Of a DNA stretch of 64,000 nt, positions 28,551-37,594 are shown piece by piece (position 1 is the first letter of the stretch; every line of letters starts with the position of its first letter). The position numbers were made by a program, and so were the translations under genes. The notes beneath the pieces are model-generated. The model saw nothing but the letters and a program-made list of their open reading frames with translations. It was not told the DNA's origin and did no database searches. The stretch lies in assembly GCA_001821135.1 (NCBI GenBank), contig MHSA01000021.1, forward strand, positions 3,956-67,955. Direction: 5' to 3'. This DNA is from Candidatus Taylorbacteria bacterium RIFCSPLOWO2_01_FULL_48_100 (lineage in GTDB: Bacteria; Patescibacteriota; Minisyncoccia; Phycocordibacterales; UBA10002).

Positions 28551-29237
28551 TTATTTCAGCCCGAGCAGATTTTTTGCAATTCGCGGCACTTCAGCGCGAA
28601 AATAGCTTTTTATATCCTCCCATGTCATGTCAAAAAAGAGCGTGGGCATAAGGTCGTTTTCCGCATCATCAAAATAAGTCATGCTTTTTATGATGTGGTG
28701 ATAGTTATGCGCCACCGTAGGATACTGACGCGGCAACTTTTCAACGACTGATTCAAGCGGCGCGACATTGTTTGCATACCAGTACAAATCCACAAAATCG
28801 CGCTTGCGTCCGCGCTGGCTCATTGCGATAATTTTCATTACGGCGATGTCGTCTTTATCAAGAACGGCAACCGCCCCATATTTCAATGGTGGCACCACAG
28901 GGACAAAAAATGGATATGCGATAAAACTAATTTTTGCTTTACAAAGCGTCCCGTACACCGTTCCTTCTTTTACGATTTTGCCCTGCCAGATGCGATTGTC
29001 TGGAAAATGCCGTGTTATTTCGGCTGGAGCGAAGGTTTTCTCTTGCGTAAAGAAATCAAGGTCAACCGATTGCCGATGCCCAACTTGGAGCGCGAGCGCG
29101 GTTCCGCCAGCAAGATACCATTTTTCTTCTTCAAGCCAGGATTCTTTGCGCGCATACTCAAGAGCTTTTTGCGTTGACCGCGGAAGCGCTTCAAGTTTTG
29201 GCGTCCATTCGTTCATGTTGATAGCATTAAATTCCAA
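28551..29237 (-). CDS. Predicted nucleotidyltransferase (Pol-beta-superfamily minimal NTase motif; AbiEii-like toxin candidate)
   Basis: YLAGGTALALQVGHRQSVDLDFF fits the hG[GS]…DhD NTase signature. It is paralogous to 31035-31652. Its start overlaps the small upstream ORF. Confidence 0.4.
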   Translation of the reverse strand: MEFNAINMNEWTPKLEALPRSTQKALEYARKESWLEEEKWYLAGGTALALQVGHRQSVDLDFFTQEKTFAPAEITRHFPDNRIWQGKIVKEGTVYGTLCKAKISFIAYPFFVPVVPPLKYGAVAVLDKDDIAVMKIIAMSQRGRKRDFVDLYWYANNVAPLESVVEKLPRQYPTVAHNYHHIIKSMTYFDDAENDLMPTLFFDMTWEDIKSYFRAEVPRIAKNLLGLK

Positions 29238-29452
29238 AACGAGCGGGTGGCGGGGAAAAGTCCGCGCGAACGATCGACTACATCGCGTATAAGCGCGTGG
29301 TTATAACGATTCCACATCCAGCGCACTTCGTTGTCATCGCCAAAATCCAAAATCCGCTCAATGATATAGCGCGCGTTTTTTTCAATGTCAATCGTCTTCG
29401 GGTCCACATCCCAAAACAGCGATTGGCGAAATGTGATTTGTTCATTTTTCAT
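29213..29452 (-). CDS. Small 79-aa protein paired with the NTase (candidate antitoxin/partner)
   Basis: Overlaps the NTase start by 25 nt. Paralogous to the 30755-31045 product (shared pattern …W..D…D.DK….II…….G…E.RW….Y…IR…). Confidence 0.3.
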   Translation of the reverse strand: MKNEQITFRQSLFWDVDPKTIDIEKNARYIIERILDFGDDNEVRWMWNRYNHALIRDVVDRSRGLFPATRSFWNLMLST

Positions 29453-29651
29453 ACCCCCTATTATACCATATTTCCTGTGGACAACTCGGTTATAGGCGGT
29501 TGCTTTTTTATGATGTGTGGGATAGTATGAATATGTCGGTTACAGCAGATTTCCCGAGACACCGTTATTTCAAGCCGTTTTCCGAACTACCGCGCGATTA
29601 GCAATTAAACTTTGGCTTATATTACTTACCTTTCAGGCGACAAAGCGTATT

Positions 29652-30680
29652 TTGCGTTCTAACCTTTCTGTAAAGGTTCTTTTTGTTGCCACTGTCTTTT
29701 TTGTTTTTGTAAGTTTACCGCTGGCTGTTGTGCACGCCAGCGTTTTTTCTTTTTTAGAAGAACTAATGTCTCCAAAAGTAAACGCACAAGATTCGCGGGA
29801 AACAGCGAACGGCAATTCGCAGACCATTGAACTGTTGCGCTCCGCGCTAAACTCCGACCCGAACCCGGCGAAGGGCGGCGGAGATATTTCAATTGTCGGA
29901 GGTGCCGCACTTCTTCCCGAGTCAGGTCCGTCTGGAACGATTGCAGATATTTCAGTAGGAAATGTGCATGGCTCTATTAGCGTTTATACCGTGCGTTCGG
30001 GCGATACGCTCTCGCAAATTGCAAAAATGTTCGGCGTGTCAGTGAATACGGTTGTGTGGGCAAACAATATCAAAAACGGCGTTATCCGCCCCGGCGATTC
30101 TCTCGTCATTCTCCCTATTTCCGGAGTACAGCATATCGTAAAGAAAGGCGATACGGTTGCAAGTATTGCAAAAAAGTATAGCGCGGACGCGCGAGAAGTC
30201 GCTCTCTTTAACAATCTTTCCGAAAACGCAAAGCTTGCCGTTGGCGATGAAGTGACTATCCCCGACGGCGAAATGGCGTTCCCCGCATCGTTTGCGCCCG
30301 CGCCGCGCGTGCGCGGCGCGGGCGGCCCAACATACGAAGGGTATTACCTGCGCCCGATTCTCGGCGGGCGGAAGACACAAGGGCTTCACGGCTACAACGG
30401 AGTAGACCTTGCGAGTTACTACGGCGCGCCGGTGTTTGCGTCAGCAGAAGGCGAAGTGATTGTCGCGCGCTACGACGGTTGGAACGGCGGGTACGGCAAG
30501 TATATTGTTATCTCGCATCCGAACGGCACGCAGACGCTATACTCCCACCTTTCGCAAGTCATTACCTATGTCGGCAGGCAGGTTCCGCGCGGCGAGCTCA
30601 TCGGCAACATCGGTTCTACCGGCAACTCCACCGGCCCTCACCTCCACTTTGAAATCCGCGGCGCGCGAAATCCGTTTTAA
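29652..30680 (+). CDS. Secreted LysM-domain M23-family metallopeptidase
   Basis: Signal peptide. Two LysM motifs (YTVRSGDTLSQIAKMFGVSVNTVVWANN; HIVKKGDTVASIAKKYSADAREVALFNN). C-terminal M23 signature …GVDLAS…HLHFEIR. Confidence 0.8.
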   Translation: MRSNLSVKVLFVATVFFVFVSLPLAVVHASVFSFLEELMSPKVNAQDSRETANGNSQTIELLRSALNSDPNPAKGGGDISIVGGAALLPESGPSGTIADISVGNVHGSISVYTVRSGDTLSQIAKMFGVSVNTVVWANNIKNGVIRPGDSLVILPISGVQHIVKKGDTVASIAKKYSADAREVALFNNLSENAKLAVGDEVTIPDGEMAFPASFAPAPRVRGAGGPTYEGYYLRPILGGRKTQGLHGYNGVDLASYYGAPVFASAEGEVIVARYDGWNGGYGKYIVISHPNGTQTLYSHLSQVITYVGRQVPRGELIGNIGSTGNSTGPHLHFEIRGARNPF

Positions 30681-30754
30681 GGAAGTTGGCGTTACGCATT
30701 ATGATTGAGTGAATAAAAAGATTCCGAGAATAGAATATGCTATAATATTTACAT

Positions 30755-31045
30755 ATGAAAGAGAACAGGGGCGTTTTTATACAAAACAAATTACCCAATT
30801 CATTTCGTCCGCTTTTGTGGTCCTTAAAATGGGAGGATGTGGATGTTGACAAAGATAAAAGTGATATTATTCTCGCCGCTGTTAATGAGGGAACTCTTGA
30901 ACAATGGCGCTGGATTATTAGAATGTATGGGCGGGAAGCAATACGGGAAACGCTTGCGAATCGTCTTGCTACAGAATTTCATCCAGAATCCGGTAACTTA
31001 GCAAAAGTTGTCTTTGACTTGCCGAAATTATCATATGCACGATGA
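30755..31045 (+). CDS. Small 96-aa protein paired with the second NTase (paralog of 29213-29452)
   Basis: Same conserved pattern as the other small partner. Directly precedes and overlaps the second NTase ORF. Confidence 0.3.
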   Translation: MKENRGVFIQNKLPNSFRPLLWSLKWEDVDVDKDKSDIILAAVNEGTLEQWRWIIRMYGREAIRETLANRLATEFHPESGNLAKVVFDLPKLSYAR

Positions 31046-31652
31046 GGTTTTAACAAAGTCCGCGGCGGCGCTTCTTCCGTCAATTGTTCGTTTTAGTGAT
31101 TTCTACCTTGCCGGCGGTACGGCGCTCGCCTTACAGATTGGACACAGGCGTTCGGTTGATTTTGACTTGTTTTCAGAAAAAACGCTTCCCGCAGAATTGC
31201 TCCCGCGTGTAAAGCGCGTATGCGCCCCACTGTCAGTTGTTGTTACATATAGTTCTACGGAACAACTCAATGTTCTTATCGGCGGCGTTAAGACGACCTT
31301 TTTGTTTTTTCCTTACCCGGTTATTAATCCGCCAGTCGCGTATCGCGGTATTTCAATCGCGAGCATACGCGAAATTGCCGCAATGAAAGCATTTGCGGTC
31401 GGCAAGCGGCTCTCGTTCAAGGATTATGTTGATTGGTATTTTATGTTGAAAGAAAAATATGTAACGCTTCCAGATGTTATAGCTCTCGCTCAAAAGAAAT
31501 TCGGCGGCGATTTCAATGACCGGCTGTTTCTCGGGCAACTCGTGTCGCTTGCCGATGTTCCTATTCAGTCAATAGATTTCTTGCGCGCCGCGGTTGATAA
31601 AAAAGAAATCACGGAGTTTCTTGAGTATTCTGTAAAGACATTCGCACTCTAA
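31035..31652 (+). CDS. Predicted nucleotidyltransferase, paralog of 28551-29237
   Basis: YLAGGTALALQIGHRRSVDFDLF. The start was moved to MHDEV… because the track's upstream Met overlaps the partner gene. Confidence 0.4.
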   Translation: MHDEVLTKSAAALLPSIVRFSDFYLAGGTALALQIGHRRSVDFDLFSEKTLPAELLPRVKRVCAPLSVVVTYSSTEQLNVLIGGVKTTFLFFPYPVINPPVAYRGISIASIREIAAMKAFAVGKRLSFKDYVDWYFMLKEKYVTLPDVIALAQKKFGGDFNDRLFLGQLVSLADVPIQSIDFLRAAVDKKEITEFLEYSVKTFAL

Positions 31653-31653
31653 C

Positions 31654-32973
31654 GGGATGAAACAAAAACTATCGTTTGCGGTTTCTTTTTTATTGTTAAT
31701 TTCTCCTCTTTTTACTTTCGCGCAAGATGGGCAAAGGAAGCCCAATGCGCGCAAAGAATAGCAGACGCAACTATACTTCAACAAAAAATCTCCGATATAT
31801 CTTCTAGTATTGGTGTGATTGACCGCCTGCTTGATTCTTTGCAAATCACCAAAAAATACACCGATTCGCTCACTAAACTTGATGGCGCATTGTTTATGCT
31901 CGTTCCTTTTGGCGGAGAACAATCACAAAACTATGAACACGCAAATCGCACCGCCATCAAGTGTGTACAAAACCGTGGGGGACCAGTGCCTATTGGTACA
32001 AGTACATACGCAAAAGGTGTTTTGTACACGGAAATAACCGCACCGCAACGGCAACTGGTAACAAAACTCAAAACAGATGCTTCAGCAATTACTACTTATG
32101 TCAGCGAAGAGTTGGAAAAGTCAGAAAATGGGCAGTTGGGAATTGGCGCGACAGTATCTGTTGTAAGAAAAGTGGTTGCGCTTAAATCTGCCGGTGAGAA
32201 AGATTTACTGCCGATTAATCTTGAAGCACTTGCAAAAAATCACTCTTCGCTCAAACCGTAGGAGGGTTTGTCCATCAGTTTTTCAGCAGACGGCAATACT
32301 TTTAATATTCCGAGCGCATTGCGTACCGCACTCGCGCCTGTATTATGGCTCATGGGCATCTCGCTCGGTTCGGAGCCGCTGTCCGGAGGCATTCTTTCTT
32401 TTGACAGCGAAACATTCGGCGTTTTCGTTCCAGAAACAGTTATGCTCAATGAATTTCGTTCTACTATCACTGCGAAGATAAAGGATTTTCAAAATAAAAA
32501 ACAAAAGTATCAACAGATACAAAACACACTGCGGACACAACTTGCCGGTTTGGAAAAGAGCTCTTATCAGTGCGACGCTTCTGTGCTGACGGCGCAGGCG
32601 GAGATTGAAACTATCATCTCAAATGATGGCGATGCGCCTTACCAGGACGCACCGACTTATGCTGGTAATAATGAGCCGCCTGTATCTAACATAAGCGATA
32701 TCGCAAACGAATCCATTTTTGACACCGTATCCGTGAACCTCAAAGTGAACGGTCAAGACGGAACCGTAACCGTTTCGCCAGGTAGCCGTATTGTCCCGAG
32801 TAGGTGCAACCAGATGCAAGGCAAATTGGTCGCGCAATGACCTTAAACTCTCAGGCACGGTTGCCGGTCGCGTCAGTCGTTCCGTAACCGTTAAAGTCGC
32901 TTGCATAGACGCAGACGGAAACCGCGCGGATGATGAAGTGCGGGTGAATGTTGTAAGTGAAGAAATATCATAA
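31654..32973 (+). pseudogene. Fragmented secreted-protein gene (signal-peptide ORF + at least three pieces in different frames); its C-terminal domain is paralogous to the N-terminus of 26385-28370
   Basis: A signal peptide MKQKLSFAVSFLLLISPLFTFAQDG runs into a stop at about 31757. ORFs at 31815-32261, 32268-32840 and 32791-32973 follow in shifted frames. The last two together read …FDTVSVNLKVNGQDGTVTVSPGSRIV…RCKANWSRNDLKLSGTVAGRVSRSVTVKVACIDADGNRADDEVRVNV, matching …FETVSVDMKVNGQDGPVTVEKGSRIV…RCRGNWSKNDIKLSGTVAGRISRSAVIKVACINKEGERDDDSVVVNV. Confidence 0.4.
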
Positions 32974-32977
32974 ACAT

Positions 32978-33523
32978 CTAGATATTAAATCCTATTTTCC
33001 GTATCGGCTTTGTAGGAGGCGCAAGCAGTTGCTTGATTGCTTCAAACACCACCTTGAACTGCTGGTCGTATTTGCTTTCCAGTTTTTCTATTTTCTCCCG
33101 CAGTTCTTTGTTGGTCGCAATGAGTTCTCGCAATTTTGTAAAAGTTCTAATGATTTGTATGTTCACTTGAATGGCGCGTCTGCTATTGAGGACGCTTGAA
33201 AGCATCGCCACACCTTGTTCGGTAAAAGCATGATAACGATAGCGTTGTCCGCCATGACTTGAGGTTCCAATTTGTAACCTCAAGTTCAAGTCCGATTTGG
33301 ATGTCACAATTTGTGACTTCCAAATTTCCATTTCGCGAGCATTCAACTGAAACATAAAGTCAGCCGGAAATCTCTCTATGTTTCTTTTTACCGTTTTATT
33401 CAGATTCTTTGTCTCTGCTCCGTAAAGTTCCGCCAAGTCCTTATCCAACATAACTTTCTTTCCTCGCAACAGGAATATCTTGCCTTCAATTCTGCTATCT
33501 GGAATTATTGCTAGTGTTCGCAT
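32978..33523 (-). CDS. ORF6N-domain protein (phage antirepressor/KilA-N-like DNA-binding domain)
   Basis: N-terminal block …IFLLRGKKVMLDKDLAELYGAETKNLNKTVKRNIERFPADFMFQL… matches the ORF6N pattern. C-terminal coiled coil. Confidence 0.55.
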   Translation of the reverse strand: MRTLAIIPDSRIEGKIFLLRGKKVMLDKDLAELYGAETKNLNKTVKRNIERFPADFMFQLNAREMEIWKSQIVTSKSDLNLRLQIGTSSHGGQRYRYHAFTEQGVAMLSSVLNSRRAIQVNIQIIRTFTKLRELIATNKELREKIEKLESKYDQQFKVVFEAIKQLLAPPTKPIRKIGFNI

Positions 33524-33535
33524 GTTTTGTATTAT

Positions 33536-35113
33536 TTACTGATTGATTATTTGTTTTGGACGGTACGAAAGCGCTTCCAAAATATCGTCCTCCGTTACTT
33601 CATCGCGCTCGGCGAGGTCGGCGATTGTGCGTGCGAGTTTCATCACGCGGTGGTATGAGCGCGCAGAGAGGTCCAACCGTCGCGCGTTTGCGTTCAGCAT
33701 TCCTTTTGTTTTTTCATCAAGCGGGATTATTCTTGCAATATGTTTGGCGGGCGTGTCCGCGTTGGTCTTTGCTTTCAGTTTCGCCTTCTTAAATCGTTCT
33801 TCTTGTCGCTTCCGCGCCGCAATAACGCGCTCCCGCACTTCTTTTGACTCCGAACCATCACGCGCTTCGTCCGAAAGCTTTCCGTACTCAACGGCAGACA
33901 CTTCAATCGCGAGGTCAATGCGGTCAATCACTGGCCCAGAAATCTTCCTGCGGTAGCGCTCCGCGGCGTTAGCTCCGCAAACGCACGATTTTCCTTTTAC
34001 ACCCTTGTTTCCGCACGGGCACGGGTTCATTGCCGCAATCAAGATAAAATGCGCCGGAAAATGTGCAGAGCCCCGTGCGCGCGAAACCGAAATCATCCGC
34101 TCCTCAAGCGGCTCGCGGAGCGTGTCTATCACGCGCCGGTCAAATTCCGGAAACTCATCTAGAAACAAAACGCCTCGGTGCGCGAGCGTTGCTTCACCCG
34201 GCTTTGGAATCGCGCCTCCGCCAGTGATGGAGACATATGAAGATGTGTGGTGTGGGCTGCGCACGGGTGGGTGCGACACAATCGTATCGCGAAGCTTCCC
34301 CGCGACGGAATGTATGCCCGTCACTTCCAGCATTTCTTGAAACGAAAGCGGCGGGAGGAGCCCCGCAAACGCTTTCGCAAGCATTGTCTTACCTGTGCCG
34401 GGCGGGCCCCATAGCAGAATGTTGTGTCCGCCCGCCGCCGCAATTTCCAGCCCGCGCTTCGCGGTTTCCTGTCCTTTGATATCCGACAAATCAATTTGCG
34501 CTTCGGGTGGTTCGTCGGGAATCGCGGTCTCGTGGACTTGCTTCAGCGCGCGTTTTTTTACAAATGGTGTCTCATCTCCGTCTCCCGCAAGGTCTTTGGG
34601 TATAAGGTGTGCGATAACGGCAGTTAAAGTCGGTGCTGCGTACACTTGTATCCCCCGAATAAGCGCGGCTTCGCGCGCATTCCCTTGGGGTACAAATACT
34701 TCTTCAAAATCGCGCTTGCGCGCTTCTTCTACAAGAGGAAGTACACCCGCGACTGGTCTTAGCTCTCCGTCAAGCGAGAGTTCTCCTAGAAAGAGTTTCT
34801 TTTCAGGCGCAAAGCGAATTGCACCTACCGCTTTGAGGTACGCGAGTGCAACGGGCAAGTCAAACGCAGGTCCTTCTTTCTTGAGGTCTGCAGGTGCGAG
34901 CGAAATCGTTACTTTTTGGTTTTTCTGCTTTGGCGACTTGAAGCCGCTATTCTTTATCGCTGCAGAAACGCGGTCGCGAGATTCTTCAACCGCTTTGTCT
35001 GGAAGCCCTACGACGGAAAACGAATGGAGCCCGCCAGCAATGTCCGCTTCAACAGATATGAGATGGGGAGTGAGCAGATGCGTTTCGGCACTCCATACTT
35101 TGGCGAAACTCAT
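33536..35113 (-). CDS. comM: Mg-chelatase-like AAA+ protein YifB/ComM
   Basis: 525 aa. N-terminal Lon-like domain, Walker A LLWGPPGTGKT, C-terminal Mg-chelatase subunit ChlI pattern. Confidence 0.85.
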   Translation of the reverse strand: MSFAKVWSAETHLLTPHLISVEADIAGGLHSFSVVGLPDKAVEESRDRVSAAIKNSGFKSPKQKNQKVTISLAPADLKKEGPAFDLPVALAYLKAVGAIRFAPEKKLFLGELSLDGELRPVAGVLPLVEEARKRDFEEVFVPQGNAREAALIRGIQVYAAPTLTAVIAHLIPKDLAGDGDETPFVKKRALKQVHETAIPDEPPEAQIDLSDIKGQETAKRGLEIAAAGGHNILLWGPPGTGKTMLAKAFAGLLPPLSFQEMLEVTGIHSVAGKLRDTIVSHPPVRSPHHTSSYVSITGGGAIPKPGEATLAHRGVLFLDEFPEFDRRVIDTLREPLEERMISVSRARGSAHFPAHFILIAAMNPCPCGNKGVKGKSCVCGANAAERYRRKISGPVIDRIDLAIEVSAVEYGKLSDEARDGSESKEVRERVIAARKRQEERFKKAKLKAKTNADTPAKHIARIIPLDEKTKGMLNANARRLDLSARSYHRVMKLARTIADLAERDEVTEDDILEALSYRPKQIINQ

Positions 35114-35217
35114 AATACTAATATACGAATTATACTAATGATACGAATGACTACTAATGCTTCGTAATCTTTATTCGTATCCATTGGTAGATTGGTATTC
35201 ATTTGTATATTGGTATT
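35114..35217. repeat. R2 palindromic element, full copy; upstream of the comM start, and supplies the TAA stop of the dksA-like gene
   Basis: aatactaatatacgaattatactaatgatacgaatgactactaatgcttcgtaatctttattcgtatccattggtagattggtattcatttgtatattggtattta. Confidence 0.75.
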
Positions 35218-35582
35218 TATGCATTCATATGCTTCTTACAGGTCGTTGCCGCTGGGTTCGCCTCTAGGCGTTCGTTCTCTATAATCTCTTTCCCCTTTTC
35301 GCAGAGCCCATAGGTGCCGTTTTTAATCCGTTCAAGAGCCGCCTGTACTTCGTTGTAGCGAATTTCCAATTGTTTAAGAATTGCTGTATTACCCTCAAAT
35401 GCTTCTAAACTGTCGGCGAGTTCTGTTTCGTCTGCGGTGAGCGTATCCATTTTTTCCGGAGTCGCTTGCCAGTCGCTCGGATTGTCGGGGTTTTTGCGCC
35501 CAACGCCTTTTAATTCCGCTTCAACAATCGCAAGTTCCGATTTTAATTTTTCCTCAAAATGTTTTACTGTTTTTTTGTCCAT
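35217..35582 (-). CDS. DksA/TraR-family zinc-finger-like protein
   Basis: 121 aa with coiled-coil N-terminus and a C-terminal …GTYGLCEKGKEI… region. Resembles DksA/TraR, though the Cys4 motif is degenerate. Confidence 0.45.
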   Translation of the reverse strand: MDKKTVKHFEEKLKSELAIVEAELKGVGRKNPDNPSDWQATPEKMDTLTADETELADSLEAFEGNTAILKQLEIRYNEVQAALERIKNGTYGLCEKGKEIIENERLEANPAATTCKKHMNA

Positions 35583-35626
35583 AGTCGTGTAAGAGTATTA
35601 TAACAAGAAATAATATGTCAAGCACC

Positions 35627-36340
35627 TTACTGGGGCGCTGCAACTAACTTGTCCATTATTTTCTCAAATGAATCCTCGTCGTTTGTTATTATTATTGTCT
35701 TTTTATCTGCAAATCCGTAAAGTAACAATGGTTTATCGTCTGTGCCGATAAGTTCGCGAATATCGCGGTTTCTAATGGTACGGTCTGTAAAATTCACCCC
35801 TCCTATTGCCTCGCCAAACAAGGGCCCAATATCGCCAAGTATTGTTTTTTCCCACTTTAACATTCCCGCAAGCGCGGTTTGGTAGTAATTTGTTTTAAAA
35901 ACAAGGAACGCGCGGTTGGTTGGAAGCCCGCGAAGCCCAAGCGCAAATTGCGGCTCCAGCGCACGAACAAAACCACCTTCCGTGCTCGCATTTAAAAGCG
36001 ACAAAAATTCTTGCGCCGTGAGCGCGCGTTCCATCGCTTCTCCTTCAGCGCTTCGCGCGGCTTTTGTTGGCGTAATGAGTGTGAAAGACGAAAGCGCGAG
36101 CGCGGCTTCGCGCTCTCGCGCAAAAGCAGTTATAAAGGTATCCCGTACAAGACGGGACGAGTCAAGCGTTTTTTCTCTATCTGCAAGAATTATTTTTGTC
36201 ATTCCGGAAATGGTCGGTGTATTTTCGGCGGCAGGCAAATTAGAAAAATACCAATATCCGATTCCAATCGCTCCAGCAAGAAACAAAAACACAACGCTCC
36301 ACAACACAAGCGAACGCGCGCTTTTACGCATCAGTTCCAT
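35627..36340 (-). CDS. Single-pass membrane protein, hypothetical; start set at MELMRK because the upstream in-frame extension runs through an R1 repeat
   Basis: TM LVLWSVVFLFLAGAIGIGYWYF followed by a ~200-aa soluble domain. The track ORF extends to 36685 through the R1 copy, which I judge unlikely to be coding. Confidence 0.4.
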   Translation of the reverse strand: MELMRKSARSLVLWSVVFLFLAGAIGIGYWYFSNLPAAENTPTISGMTKIILADREKTLDSSRLVRDTFITAFAREREAALALSSFTLITPTKAARSAEGEAMERALTAQEFLSLLNASTEGGFVRALEPQFALGLRGLPTNRAFLVFKTNYYQTALAGMLKWEKTILGDIGPLFGEAIGGVNFTDRTIRNRDIRELIGTDDKPLLLYGFADKKTIIITNDEDSFEKIMDKLVAAPQ

Positions 36341-36354
36341 TTGCGGTAAAGGAA

Positions 36355-36510
36355 TTGAGATTTTTACATCCCCTCCTGCCTGAGGAGGGGTGCCGAGTCC
36401 GCGAGGCGGGGTGGTGGGAGGGTTTTGCAGAGAAACCACCCCCTCCCCCCTCGCTTCGCCCGCCTGCGCAGGCAGGCTCGTGGTACTCCCCCTTAAAAAA
36501 GGGCGAGAGG
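36355..36510 (-). repeat. R1 GC-rich structured repeat, copy 4 (reverse orientation)
   Basis: The reverse complement reads cctcttacctctcgcccttttttaagggggagtaccacgagcctgcctgcgcaggcgggcgaagcgagggggagggggtggtttctctgcaaaaccctcccaccaccccgcctcgcggactcggcacccctcctcaggcaggagggg. Confidence 0.65.
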
Positions 36511-36789
36511 TAAGAGGTTGCTCTGTATTATTAATCCTCCTCTCCTGCTCCGCCAACGCAAATTTCGCCGCAGTTCCACCTTCCTGCTTCATAAACTCTC
36601 CCACATCGCGCTCGTAGGTGCGTATCCGCGGCACGCCCGACTGAATGACTTCAGTCGTTCGGGCGGGCGTTTCTTTTGTTTCCATGATAATAGTATATCA
36701 AAAAACTTCTTCTTTGGTCTGTATACTTTACAAAAAATATACTCTATGATACTCTGTTTCTCAGATTCTGAGATAAAAGAAAGGTAGAT

Positions 36790-37107
36790 ATGCCAAATAT
36801 AGAGATTCACGGTTTCGTTGAAAAAACGAAACAAGTAAAAGATGCTGTGTGGGCTGGTTTTCTTCATAATGAACGGCTCAAAGAATTTGCTGAAGAGGTG
36901 GTAGTCACCACATTTCCTTCCGTGACTGACGATATGCGCGGAAGGCGGTCTCCGTTTATCCGCGTATTTTTTGCGACAAAAGCAGAAAAGAAAAACTGTA
37001 AGGATGTTCTTTCTCGCATTCCTGATATCTATGCTGGAATTTGTTTTGATGTTGAGTTCGTGCGATCGGAGGATTTTTGCAGTTTTCCACCGAAAAAGAA
37101 GAAATAA
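36790..37107 (+). CDS. Hypothetical 105-aa protein
   Basis: Clean ORF followed by an intrinsic terminator. No recognised family. Confidence 0.35.
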   Translation: MPNIEIHGFVEKTKQVKDAVWAGFLHNERLKEFAEEVVVTTFPSVTDDMRGRRSPFIRVFFATKAEKKNCKDVLSRIPDIYAGICFDVEFVRSEDFCSFPPKKKK

Positions 37108-37117
37108 ACACCATCAA

Positions 37118-37147
37118 ACCGTCGGACTTCTCCGGCGGTTTTTTTAT
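37118..37147 (+). terminator. Rho-independent terminator (aaaccgtcggacttctccggcggttttttta)
   Basis: GC-rich hairpin followed by a T-run immediately after the 36790-37107 ORF. Confidence 0.55.
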
Positions 37148-37258
37148 GCGCAAAACCTGTTTATGTCTCTACAAGTATTTTGCAAAATACTTGTATGAAT
37201 GATTCAGTGCGCCACAAGACACCCGATGTCTAAATTGCAGACATCGGGTGTCAAACAG

Positions 37259-37360
37259 TTACTTGCTCTTTTTTGCAAGAATACCGAGGAGAATAAAGAC
37301 GATTACCACAAGCGCACCAAGAATATAGATGTTAGTCATAGCGTTTGTTACATCATTCAT
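37259..37360 (-). CDS. Possible 33-aa hydrophobic peptide (MNDVTNAMTNIYILGALVVIVFILLGILAKKSK) followed by a 13-bp stem-loop
   Basis: My own translation. It is below the ORF-track cutoff. A perfect 13-bp inverted repeat (gacacccgatgtc…gacatcgggtgtc, 37218-37251) lies just downstream of it on the minus strand. Confidence 0.2.
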   Translation of the reverse strand: MNDVTNAMTNIYILGALVVIVFILLGILAKKSK

Positions 37361-37594
37361 AATATCACGATTTAGCTAATAATAAACTTGAAAACCATGT
37401 ACCAAAAGAAAGCAATAATCCCAACGCAATTAAATAAATGTTCGCATGTCCATTTGCAATTGGCTCAATAAACAATCCTGCAAACAAAACTTGTGCTATA
37501 TCGCGACTAATTGCCGACAAAGTTTCTGTTTTCAACAGTGTAGCGGTCATATAACGAAAGTATTCTAGCATACTAATCCATGCAATTAAACAAC

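Noticed and set aside
33543-35138. + strand ORFs of 137, 111, 247 and 83 aa antisense to comM
   Set aside because: They are antisense to a confidently identified comM gene. Their Arg/Ser/Ala-rich composition is typical of GC-rich antisense frames.
36511-36685. N-terminal 115-codon extension of the 35627-36685 ORF
   Set aside because: The extension reads straight through an R1 repeat copy, and stop-free frames are common in such GC-rich DNA. A clean Met followed by a TM helix begins at 36340, so the shorter gene is more plausible.
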